Source: Candidatus Woesearchaeota archaeon
GTDB lineage: Archaea; Nanobdellota; Nanobdellia; Pacearchaeales; GW2011-AR1
Direction: 5' to 3'
Assembly (NCBI GenBank): GCA_964395155.1
Contig: CAYNAC010000001.1
Span: 1 to 25,222, forward strand
Length of the DNA: 25,222 nt
Below the pieces are notes generated by a model. That model was given only the letters and a program-made list of their open reading frames with translations. It had not been told where the DNA came from and did not search any database. Positions 16,875-25,220 of the stretch are shown here, piece by piece (positions within the stretch are counted from its first letter, which is position 1; every line of letters starts with the position of its first letter). The position numbers and the translations under genes are program-made.

Positions 16875-16893
16875 TTTATATAATTTTCTTATA

Positions 16894-19800
16894 TTAGTTG
16901 TTTAAATCAATTGGAATGTATTGTCTATCAGCTACTTGGTTTGCGCGCCTTATTGCTATTTGATTTCTTATGGACTTTATGACTAAAAATATTCCTATAG
17001 ATAGAAGAATTACTATTCCTGTCCATGAAACTGTTCTTAAATTATTGTCTGATATTGCAAGTCCAGATATTCCAGCTGAAGATAATTTTATTTTTTGTTC
17101 ATATTTGCTACTTTCTGTTCCGTCTGTTGCCTCAATTAATAAAGTATAGTCTCCTACCGAATTTTTTGGTAGTTCAAATTCAAAAGTTTTTACCACTTTT
17201 TCTTTTGGAGACAAGTTAATATCTTTAACCTCATCTTCTAATATGGTGGTTTGTTTTGAACTTATCATTTTATAATCAAAAGAAATTATCTTATTCTTAT
17301 CTGCGAAATTTTCTAGTGAATATTCTACTCTTAGTTTTGTACCTATCCTTTCAGAATTTAGAATAATCATTTCGAAATCTCCAGAGATTACTGATAAATC
17401 ATATCTTTTTATTATGGATGTCTCTTTACATTTGACGCTTAGTTCTGTAAAGTAATCTCCATTATCTGCATTTATTGGAGTGTTTACGTTGAAAAAATAA
17501 GCTACTTCTTGCCCGGGGCTTAAAGATTCTATCTGACTCATTGAAAACCAAGAAGAAACACCTCCGTTTGCAGAGATTAGACATCCGTTTAAAAATTTGT
17601 TTCCTGTATTTTTTATAATCCATTCAATTGATTCACTCTTTCCCCTACCTATTTTTAATTTATCTAAATCTCCTCCTGTAATTTCAAATATATCTTTTGC
17701 TACAAAGCTACCTCCGCCACCACTTCCTGTTGATGTTCCTCCTGAACTTCCTCCACTGCTAGAACTTGCAGAAACTACAATCTTTAAGCTCGGAGCATTT
17801 TCTGATTCTGCACCTAGAGCATCCTCGAAACTCATAGATGTTGCCTTACAAACAATTTCAATTTTTCCATAATAAGTATTAATTGGAGGGCTGTCTATTG
17901 TTAGAGTCAAATTTTTTGTTTCATTTATTTCTAGGTTGAAATTATTTAGATTGAAACTTCCAAAACCAGTTGTATCGAAACCATCTATTGAAGGAATGCA
18001 GTTTGACAAAGTGAAATTTCCGGTGTTTTTAACTCCCCAAATAAATTCTTTTACTTCATCATTTTTCATAGAATGGACAACATTGCAAATTCCTCCAGAA
18101 CATAAATTCAAAGATGGGATATCTATTGCATCTACATCTCCGCTAGGAGGATCTATACCTATAGTTAAAGGTACTATATACTTCTTACCATCTAAATTTC
18201 TAGTAATTGTTATATTTCCTAAGTAAACAACTCCCTCTATAGTATTTAATGAAGTTTTTATTATGATTTGATTTTTAAATAAATTAGTGTCGTTATAAAC
18301 AGATTTGTTTAAAACCGAGCTATTACTGGAGAAAGTCAAGTTGAAGAACGTTGAATTTAAAGAATAATTAAATGTAAAATTATAATCTTCTAATGAGTTG
18401 TGATACATAGTTAGATTCCATATTAGAGTTTGGTTTTTTGGATCTGGAGTTATTATGTATTCGGAAGGAAAAAATGATAAATCTGCTAAAACTCTAAAAC
18501 TTCCATTTTGATTGGTTTGATTAATTCCATCTGAAGCTATTACACTCCAATTCCAATAACCATATTCATCGATAGTGTAGTTTGTAGAATTCCAAATGCT
18601 ATACCCTCCAAATGAATACTCACTACCTAATAAATTGTCGATAACTCTTGTTCCGTTTGGATTGATTAATGTGAAACTAACTTGAATTGAGTCGTTATCT
18701 GCGTCAGATACATTTGCTTTTATAAAGAAATTTTCTCCGAATAATGGAGTAGAATTTGTATTGTTTATAATTAACAAAACACTATTGATTATTGGAGGAG
18801 AATTACTTGAGTTAGATGTCAAGTTCAAAAATAAGTTTCTTGATAAGTTACTATAATTTTGATTTCCGATTATGTCGAAAGTGTAATTGTAGTATCCTAC
18901 TCCTAGAGTGATGTTTAATCCGTTTTGATTTGTTACATCGACTCCATTTCTGTAGATAGTTAGATTTCCTGCGTTTGTTGAAGCTGTTGCATTGACTTGT
19001 TGAGGATATTGTATTGTTAGATTATTTGTTAAGCCGTTCAAATAATAGTTAAGGTTAGGGATTTGTTTATTTATAGTGTAATATCTCGGAGAAGAGTTGT
19101 TGAAGTTATTACTAGTTCCATTGCCGTATGCCCACCAGTAGTATCTATAAGTTCCAACAGCTAGGTTTGAAATTGAGAAGTTAAATATATTTGAAGTGGA
19201 ATTGTGAATTGTGTAATTTGTCCCATTAAATTCTATTCCTGCAGTTCCATTTGTAGAAATTATGGTTGCATTAAACCTGTAAACTGCTCCTTGCGAGTAA
19301 TTTGTTCCGTTTAAAGGATTTTCTAAAAAGTTTGAGAATGAAGGATGTTCGTTATCTATGATTTGATAAATCAACGTAAAATTAGTATCGTTGTAAGCAT
19401 AGTTACTTGAATTATCGAATGCTATATAGTTCCAATAGAATGTTCCTGAATATGGGAGAACTAAAGATAGATTGCTCAAGTTTGTTAAACCTGAAACTAA
19501 AGAAAAATTAGACAAGACTAAGTTCCCGCTAGAATTCCACATGTGTAACGTTGTATTTTTTAGTTGAATATTATCTGTTAAATTGGCAAGAAAATAATTT
19601 GTATTATTTGTTGTAGTTGTCCCGTTAAATGGAAATATTAACTTAACTCTCGGCGGAAAGGTATCTGGTTCAGATATAACTTCACCATTAATTGTAACGT
19701 TGTCTATTCTGCAGTATTCTGAAACTGCTCCTGCAGTACATTCGAATCTTATTTTAAAATTAGGATTGTTTGATGCGGTTGAAGGTAGAGAAAATATTGT

Positions 19801-20331
19801 GAAATTATAAGATGCGTCATTGGCTGCAGAAGAACCTGTAAAATCTAAAACTGTCCAACCTGTGCCGTTGAACCACATCGATTGAAACTCATCCGCTGAA
19901 TCTAGACCTATTAATTTCTTATAATAACTAAAATTTATATTTTGATAACCTGATGTACTTATGTTTATCTCCATAATACTTGCTGGTTCTGATGTGCTTT
20001 GTGGTTGAGATTGTGCGTGGAAAATTTGTTCAAATGGATCTATATTAGTTACGATCCAATCATTAGCTCCGGAAGCACTTGTTAAATTCCAAGAAACTAA
20101 ACTTCCAGATTCAAATCCGTCTGAAAAAATAACTGACGCATTTACAGATTGAACTAAACTAATTATAAAAAAAATTGAGAAAAATAAACTTAATAGATTT
20201 TTTCCATTTAGTATTTCTTTCATAAATATTTCAATTCTCTTAGATAAAACTATTGCTCTTGCCTTGCAGTACTTCTTAAAATCATTATAAGTCTTAGCCT
20301 CTATCGTTAATGTTACCTTTTTTTTATCCAT
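16894..20331 (-). CDS. 1145-aa surface glycoprotein with N-terminal ribbon-helix-helix domain, signal peptide, jelly-roll-like domain, Ig-like stalk and C-terminal TM anchor
   Basis: aa1-41 RHH pattern (KKVTLTI strand; EAKTYNDFKKYCKAR helix; LSKRIEIFMKEIL helix); aa42-65 signal peptide ending VNA; dense N-x-S/T sequons; Ser/Gly linker; TM VSWTGIVILLSIGIFLVI. Confidence 0.8.
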   Translation of the reverse strand: MDKKKVTLTIEAKTYNDFKKYCKARAIVLSKRIEIFMKEILNGKNLLSLFFSIFFIISLVQSVNASVIFSDGFESGSLVSWNLTSASGANDWIVTNIDPFEQIFHAQSQPQSTSEPASIMEINISTSGYQNINFSYYKKLIGLDSADEFQSMWFNGTGWTVLDFTGSSAANDASYNFTIFSLPSTASNNPNFKIRFECTAGAVSEYCRIDNVTINGEVISEPDTFPPRVKLIFPFNGTTTTNNTNYFLANLTDNIQLKNTTLHMWNSSGNLVLSNFSLVSGLTNLSNLSLVLPYSGTFYWNYIAFDNSSNYAYNDTNFTLIYQIIDNEHPSFSNFLENPLNGTNYSQGAVYRFNATIISTNGTAGIEFNGTNYTIHNSTSNIFNFSISNLAVGTYRYYWWAYGNGTSNNFNNSSPRYYTINKQIPNLNYYLNGLTNNLTIQYPQQVNATASTNAGNLTIYRNGVDVTNQNGLNITLGVGYYNYTFDIIGNQNYSNLSRNLFLNLTSNSSNSPPIINSVLLIINNTNSTPLFGENFFIKANVSDADNDSIQVSFTLINPNGTRVIDNLLGSEYSFGGYSIWNSTNYTIDEYGYWNWSVIASDGINQTNQNGSFRVLADLSFFPSEYIITPDPKNQTLIWNLTMYHNSLEDYNFTFNYSLNSTFFNLTFSSNSSVLNKSVYNDTNLFKNQIIIKTSLNTIEGVVYLGNITITRNLDGKKYIVPLTIGIDPPSGDVDAIDIPSLNLCSGGICNVVHSMKNDEVKEFIWGVKNTGNFTLSNCIPSIDGFDTTGFGSFNLNNFNLEINETKNLTLTIDSPPINTYYGKIEIVCKATSMSFEDALGAESENAPSLKIVVSASSSSGGSSGGTSTGSGGGGSFVAKDIFEITGGDLDKLKIGRGKSESIEWIIKNTGNKFLNGCLISANGGVSSWFSMSQIESLSPGQEVAYFFNVNTPINADNGDYFTELSVKCKETSIIKRYDLSVISGDFEMIILNSERIGTKLRVEYSLENFADKNKIISFDYKMISSKQTTILEDEVKDINLSPKEKVVKTFEFELPKNSVGDYTLLIEATDGTESSKYEQKIKLSSAGISGLAISDNNLRTVSWTGIVILLSIGIFLVIKSIRNQIAIRRANQVADRQYIPIDLNN

Positions 20332-20566
20332 TCAATCAATAGATTTTTATTTATTATAAAGCTTTCTTTTTATGTAAAAAGCTGTATAAATAAATAAAAA
20401 GCTGTATTTAAGAATGAAAGATTAAATAATTTGAGAACAAAACAATAATCATTGACCTGTCAAATTAACGTTGTCTATTCTGCAGTATTCTGAAACTGCT
20501 CCTGCAGTACATTCGAATCTTATTTTAAAATTAGGATTGTTTGATGCAGTTGAAGGTAGAGAAAAT
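19695..20566 (-). repeat. 101-bp direct repeat, 1 mismatch (19695-19795 vs 20466-20566), shared by two adjacent genes
   Basis: Encodes FSLPSTASNNPNFKIRFECTAGAVSEYCRIDNV in both genes; offset 771 bp; the single difference (19777 vs 20548) is synonymous. Confidence 0.95.
20353..20407 (-). promoter_or_regulatory. Promoter of the RHH-surface gene: TATA (20353-20360) plus tandem 13-bp direct repeats TAAAAAGCTGTAT (20375-20387, 20395-20407); candidate RHH operator
   Basis: The repeats are exact with a 20-bp period; a third partial copy (AAAGCT, 20358-20363) is in the same phase and overlaps TATA/BRE; TATA is 21 nt from ATG 20331. Confidence 0.65.
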
Positions 20567-21948
20567 TGTTTGTACTGATAACTTACATCATTGGCTGAAC
20601 TAGATCCAGTTTGTTCAACTATGTTCCAACTAGTTCCGTCAAACCATTTAACTTTAAATTCATCTGCTGAATCTAGACCTATTAACTTCCTATAATAACT
20701 AAATAAGACAGTATTAAATCCAGTTGTACTTATTGTCTTCTCGAGTATGCTTGCTGGTTCTGATGTTGAACGAGGCTGTGATTGAGCATGTTTTGAACCT
20801 TGGAACGGATCTGTAGCAGAGTTTTCCCAATTTAATCCTCCGGAAACGGAAGAAGTAGTCCAACTATTTAGATTACCAGATTCAAAATTATCGTAAAATA
20901 TTTGTTGCGGACCGCTTGGATTAGTTTCATTATCATCCAGATAATTAGTACAACCCAGATCATTCTGATCTATTAAGTTATCTCCGTCGTTATCTATTCC
21001 ATCACTACATTGAGTAAGACCATCATTAATTTCTGAATTGTCTTCACTGGATGAGCAACCGAAATCGTTTGGAAAGTCTATTGAATTATCTCCGTCGTTA
21101 TCTATTCCATCGCTACATTGAGTAATACTATATCCTGGAGGCATAGATATTGGTCTTTTCATGATCCAGTCTACTGCAGTCCATAAAAATGGCCAATCAC
21201 TTCCATCAGGTCCGTCACTTAATTCTTCGGCGAAATTATGAGGTCCGTCTCTTGAACTATCTTCTTCAATTTCTGGATGAGGTCCAACAAGTAAAATCCT
21301 TCCTTGTCCGTAATTAAAACCAATTATCCCTGGTTTTCCATTTACATGAGAATTTGAAGGAACTATCCAAGAAGCAAATGTTTGCATTTCTTGTCCTGAG
21401 TGTGGAACAAAATATGGTTCTCCATAATATAAAACATCTTTCTGTAATGGACTATAAATGTTTGCAGGATGATCTTTGTTAATGTCCATCGTAGTCATTA
21501 CGTAGTTTGGCCAAGGAGCAATTTCAGGAATTGGACCTATACAATCTCCGTTAAACATATCTGAAGGATAGTCGTAACTTCTTCCCTCCCAGATAGTTAT
21601 GTCGCAAGCATAAAATGCTCCAGCACTCATTCCAATATAATGTCCTCCTGAACTAATTAAGTCTCTAATATTTTGATCCCCGCTAGGTTTTATATCTCTA
21701 TTATAATCTCCTGCCCAACCTCCAGGCATAAATATTCCTTTATAATTTAATCTTAAATCCTCTGTGTTTATAATATTTTTATCTACCTCTCTCCAAGTTA
21801 GCCCTTTCCAGTCTAAGAAATTTTCAAAAGCAACAATACTAGGATTCCAAGTTCCACTACCTGTATAAATTGCAAAATCATATTGTTGGGCATAAACTCC
21901 TCCAAAAAGAATTACTGAAAAAAGTAACAATATAAAAAATCTTTTCAT
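20449..21948 (-). CDS. Secreted BPL_N-like class I glutamine-amidotransferase-fold protein, two Ca-binding Cys/Asp repeats, C-terminal jelly-roll-like domain
   Basis: Signal peptide MKRFFILLLFSVILFGGVYA; AIYTGSG, FMPGG, GGHYIGMSAGAFYA and GPHPE motifs; CSDGIDNDGD x2. Confidence 0.75.
   Translation of the reverse strand: MKRFFILLLFSVILFGGVYAQQYDFAIYTGSGTWNPSIVAFENFLDWKGLTWREVDKNIINTEDLRLNYKGIFMPGGWAGDYNRDIKPSGDQNIRDLISSGGHYIGMSAGAFYACDITIWEGRSYDYPSDMFNGDCIGPIPEIAPWPNYVMTTMDINKDHPANIYSPLQKDVLYYGEPYFVPHSGQEMQTFASWIVPSNSHVNGKPGIIGFNYGQGRILLVGPHPEIEEDSSRDGPHNFAEELSDGPDGSDWPFLWTAVDWIMKRPISMPPGYSITQCSDGIDNDGDNSIDFPNDFGCSSSEDNSEINDGLTQCSDGIDNDGDNLIDQNDLGCTNYLDDNETNPSGPQQIFYDNFESGNLNSWTTSSVSGGLNWENSATDPFQGSKHAQSQPRSTSEPASILEKTISTTGFNTVLFSYYRKLIGLDSADEFKVKWFDGTSWNIVEQTGSSSANDVSYQYKQFSLPSTASNNPNFKIRFECTAGAVSEYCRIDNVNLTGQ
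20978..21125 (-). repeat. 40-bp direct repeat, 1 mismatch (20978-21017 vs 21086-21125), encoding TQCSDGIDNDGDN
   Basis: Offset 108 bp (36 aa). Confidence 0.9.
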
Positions 21949-21970
21949 GCAATCTATTAAGACTAAAGAG

Positions 21971-22039
21971 TATTTAAAAATTTATATTGTAAATTTAATA
22001 TTATTTTAAAAAATCTTTTATTTCAAGAATCTTTATAAA
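21971..22039. promoter_or_regulatory. Divergent promoter pair: TTTAAATA (-, 21971-21978) and TTTATAAA (+, 22032-22039)
   Basis: 22 nt from ATG 21948 and 21 nt from ATG 22061 respectively. Confidence 0.6.
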
Positions 22040-22060
22040 CACTTTATCCTCTTATACTTC

Positions 22061-23941
22061 ATGCAAAAAAAGAGTTTAGGAGTATTATTGTTAACTTTGT
22101 TGTTGATTTCATTTGTTTTAGCTCAAAATTCTTCAAGCAATAATTCTTCGAATAATCAAGGAGCTAATTCTCCATCTTCATCTAATGCTGATGTGATTTC
22201 AAAAGCATATCAGTGCTTACAAAATCAAATCGATGCTAAAGATCAAAACTCTATTTCTTTTCAAGAAGCAACTTTTGGGATTTTGGCAATAGGCTCAAAT
22301 TCAAAATTAGTTAAAGTTTTAGAAGATAAAATGAAAACTGAAAACCACTGGCAGGAATCTGCAAATCCTCTAAAAGATACTGCTCAAGGAATGCTAGCCT
22401 ATAATAGAATAAATAAAAATACAGATAAGATAAAAAACTGGATATTATCTAAAAAGCAAGTCGCAACAGACTTGACATGGTATCTGGAGATAGATATAGA
22501 TAATCATCGTAGCGCTTCATGTACTTTATCTTATGGGGGAGAACAGCAACGTCAAATAACTGTTAATGATGATATGACTCTCTCTGGAAATCCAGGTTCT
22601 TGCCTTTCTGTATCTCAAGGAGGTTTTTGGTTAAAAGTAAATAATAATAACAATTGTTTAGATAATAATTATACTATTTCTTGTGACCAGGACTTTACAA
22701 CCTCTACGCTGTATCAGAGAACAAGTTCATCAACAATTTTTGTTTCATCCGTAGCCCACTCCAGTTCTGCACTTGGAAACACTTTAGAAACTATAAAGTC
22801 TAAATGTTTATCATCTTCGTCTAACTCTTGCGATTATGAAGGAACATTATGGGCTGCAATTGTTTTAGATAAGACTGGAAATAAAGTTGATGAATATATC
22901 CCTTACTTACTTGCGCTTTCAGAATCAAATAAAAGGTTTTTACCAAGTAGCTTTATTTATTTGTTGACTGATGGTCAAGACCAATACTCCGAATTAATCC
23001 AATTACAACAACAAAATAAATTCTGGCAAGCTCCTAACACTTTGTACAATAGATATTATGACTCTTCCTTAGCAATGTTATCTTTACAAGGATCTAATTC
23101 TTTAGAAGTTACAAACTCTAAAAGCTATTTTGAGAGCATAACTACTCCTGAAGGATGTTGGAATAATAACAATATTAGAGATACAGGTTTTCTTCTTTAT
23201 GCTGGCTGGCCTAAATTTGTTTCTGGAGGTTCTGGTGGTGGCGGAGGAGGTTCTGCACAAAAATGTGAGTCTGCAGGTAATACTTGTATGTCTTTATTTG
23301 CCTGTAGCGAACTTAACGGAAATCCACTAGAACAATTTAGATGTGATGGGACGAAGGTTTGCTGTTCTGAATCTCCTAAGCTTGAATCTTGTTCTGCTCT
23401 TAGTGGAAGTATTTGCTCTTTAGCTGAATCTTGTTCTGGAAAAGTTATTGATTCAACAGATGGTTCTTGTTGTCTTGGAACTTGCGAGATAATCTCTGGA
23501 TCCGACCAGTGTACTCAGGCAGGGGGAAGTTGTTATGATTCTTGCAATGATGATGAACAAACTCTTTCAGAATCTTGTACTAATACTGCTCAAGTCTGTT
23601 GTAAGAAGATATCAGATTCTTCTGGAGGAAGTAATGTAGGATTATGGATAACTATTTTATTAATTTTGATAGTGTTAATTGTTGTAGCAATTTTAATGCG
23701 TAATAAAATAAAGATGTTAATATTTAAGTCAAAGAATAAACCTGGACCTACGAATTCTCCTAGAGGGCCTATTCCTCCAGGTTCTAGACCTCCATTTCCT
23801 CCATTCAGAGGACCAGTTCCATACCCAAGAGCACAACCTAGGATGGTAGGTCAACAAACTCAAAGTCCAATGAGACAGACCTCTACTAGAGATAAGGAAA
23901 TGGAAGAAACAATGGCTAAGCTCAAAGAAATGAGTAGATAA
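22061..23941 (+). CDS. Type I membrane surface protein: helical (prenyltransferase/terpene-cyclase-like toroid) domain, three Cys-rich modules, TM, Pro-rich cytoplasmic tail
   Basis: Signal peptide; repeated helix pairs (LKDTAQGMLAY, YEGTLWAAIVL, YYDSSLAMLSL, IRDTGFLLYA); CC-containing repeats; TM GLWITILLILIVLIVVAILM; PGPTNSPRGPIPPGSRPPFPPF. The toroid fold is inferred. Confidence 0.7.
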   Translation: MQKKSLGVLLLTLLLISFVLAQNSSSNNSSNNQGANSPSSSNADVISKAYQCLQNQIDAKDQNSISFQEATFGILAIGSNSKLVKVLEDKMKTENHWQESANPLKDTAQGMLAYNRINKNTDKIKNWILSKKQVATDLTWYLEIDIDNHRSASCTLSYGGEQQRQITVNDDMTLSGNPGSCLSVSQGGFWLKVNNNNNCLDNNYTISCDQDFTTSTLYQRTSSSTIFVSSVAHSSSALGNTLETIKSKCLSSSSNSCDYEGTLWAAIVLDKTGNKVDEYIPYLLALSESNKRFLPSSFIYLLTDGQDQYSELIQLQQQNKFWQAPNTLYNRYYDSSLAMLSLQGSNSLEVTNSKSYFESITTPEGCWNNNNIRDTGFLLYAGWPKFVSGGSGGGGGGSAQKCESAGNTCMSLFACSELNGNPLEQFRCDGTKVCCSESPKLESCSALSGSICSLAESCSGKVIDSTDGSCCLGTCEIISGSDQCTQAGGSCYDSCNDDEQTLSESCTNTAQVCCKKISDSSGGSNVGLWITILLILIVLIVVAILMRNKIKMLIFKSKNKPGPTNSPRGPIPPGSRPPFPPFRGPVPYPRAQPRMVGQQTQSPMRQTSTRDKEMEETMAKLKEMSR

Positions 23942-23943
23942 AG

Positions 23944-25134
23944 ATGATAAAGAGTTATCAAATTCTAATTTTCATTATGTTTTTGCCAGTTGTATCTTCG
24001 ATAAGCACTAATATGTTGTCCAGTTATTCTTCTGGAGAAACAATGATAATAGAAATTCAAGGAAATATCTTGCAACCTATCGAGAGAAGCGATATAATTT
24101 TCAAAAGGGCTCACGTCGCTGTAGCAGTAGATTATGATATAAAAAAAATATCCGGTAAATATTATTTGTATGCCCAATTACCTTTGATTCAAAACAACTA
24201 TACTTTATTTATTAATAATGTTGCAACTACAATAAATGGTCAAGTAAGTAAAGTAAACTTTAATCAGAGCTTTGAAGTAACTGGAAATCTAACTGATTAC
24301 TCTGTAAATCCTGGATTTGTTATTGCTAGTCAAAATTTCATTTTAAATATTAAATCTAATTTAGATGATGATTTGACAATAGACTTAGATTTTCCCAATC
24401 CTAGAACTATATCTATTAAACCTGGAATAAACAACGTAGAATTTTTGGTAAACTCATTAAATCAAGGATTTTACTTAGCTAAAATAGGTAAATATTTAGT
24501 ACCTGTACAAATAATCAATCCATTACAAGAAAATAGTTCAAAAAATATTTCCTTGAAGGTCTTTCCAAAATTAATAAGAGAAACGATAGAGACCAATAAA
24601 GAAAAAACTTACAAAATAAATATATCTAACTTAGAATTAGAAGAAATAAAAAATTTAGACTTTGTTTATAATGAAGAAATATTTTCATTAAATAAAAAAA
24701 CTATCTCTGTAGTTAAGAATGGTTCTGTGGAACTAGAGGTTTCATTGAATAAACTAGATGGACAAATTGTCGAGTCTATATTTATTACGCAAGGAGATAC
24801 TTTCATAGAAAGAATAGACTTTGAGATAAATTTCACGAAGAATTCAAGTGAAATAACTAATTCTTCAAAACCTCAATATTATTGTTCTGAATTGAATGGA
24901 AAATTTTGTAGCAAAACTGAAATTTGCTCTAGTAAAATAATTGAGTCTTTGGATGGTTCTTGTTGTACTGGAGAGTGTGAAATTGAAAAGAGCTCGTCTA
25001 CTAATTGGATAGTTTATTTGTTAATAATTTTATTTTTAATAATTTTGTTTGTTATTTATATGAGATACAAAAAAACAAAAATTCCTAAACTTAAAAATAT
25101 GCCCCTTAATTCTGTTTTAAAGAAACCTCTTTAA
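23944..25134 (+). CDS. Type I membrane surface protein with Ig-like region and one Cys-rich module
   Basis: Signal peptide, beta-rich body, YYCSELNGKFCSKTEICSSKIIESLDGSCCTGECE, TM WIVYLLIILFLIILFVIYM and basic tail; 2-nt gap after the previous gene. Confidence 0.75.
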   Translation: MIKSYQILIFIMFLPVVSSISTNMLSSYSSGETMIIEIQGNILQPIERSDIIFKRAHVAVAVDYDIKKISGKYYLYAQLPLIQNNYTLFINNVATTINGQVSKVNFNQSFEVTGNLTDYSVNPGFVIASQNFILNIKSNLDDDLTIDLDFPNPRTISIKPGINNVEFLVNSLNQGFYLAKIGKYLVPVQIINPLQENSSKNISLKVFPKLIRETIETNKEKTYKINISNLELEEIKNLDFVYNEEIFSLNKKTISVVKNGSVELEVSLNKLDGQIVESIFITQGDTFIERIDFEINFTKNSSEITNSSKPQYYCSELNGKFCSKTEICSSKIIESLDGSCCTGECEIEKSSSTNWIVYLLIILFLIILFVIYMRYKKTKIPKLKNMPLNSVLKKPL

Positions 25135-25136
25135 TT

Positions 25137-25220
25137 TTATTTGTCCTTAATCTTTTTTGATTTTTTGTTCTTTTTATCTTTTGCTTCTTCTGGTTGAGAG
25201 ACATCATTTTTGATTGTTGG
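25137..25220 (-). CDS. 3' end of a gene truncated by the window; Lys-rich tail (...PTIKNDVSQPEEAKDKKNKKSKKIKDK*)
   Basis: Open minus frame from the window edge to TAA at 25139-25137, convergent with the 23944 gene. Confidence 0.5.
   Translation of the reverse strand, partial: PTIKNDVSQPEEAKDKKNKKSKKIKDK

Noticed and set aside
20358-20407. Mini-CRISPR array
   Set aside because: 13-bp units with 7-bp spacers are far too short; better explained as an operator.
19684-20901. Diversity-generating retroelement TR/VR pair
   Set aside because: Differences between the copies involve all bases rather than only adenines, both copies are coding, and no reverse transcriptase is in the window.
2939-23000. 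Short overlapping ORFs in the track (2939-, 3974-, 6342-, 7566-, 8788-, 9054-, 9642-, 9749-, 10625+, 10889+, 11390+, 11582+, 14831+, 15881+, 16123+, 17025+, 17597+, 17936+)
   Set aside because: They are antisense shadows of well-supported genes, with no recognisable motifs or promoters.
2100-23250. Ser/Gly-rich tracts (about 2110-2190, 17710-17770, 23225-23255) as repeats or mobile remnants
   Set aside because: Ordinary flexible linkers in surface proteins.
23965-24177. 70-aa minus-strand ORF
   Set aside because: Antisense shadow of the 23944 gene.
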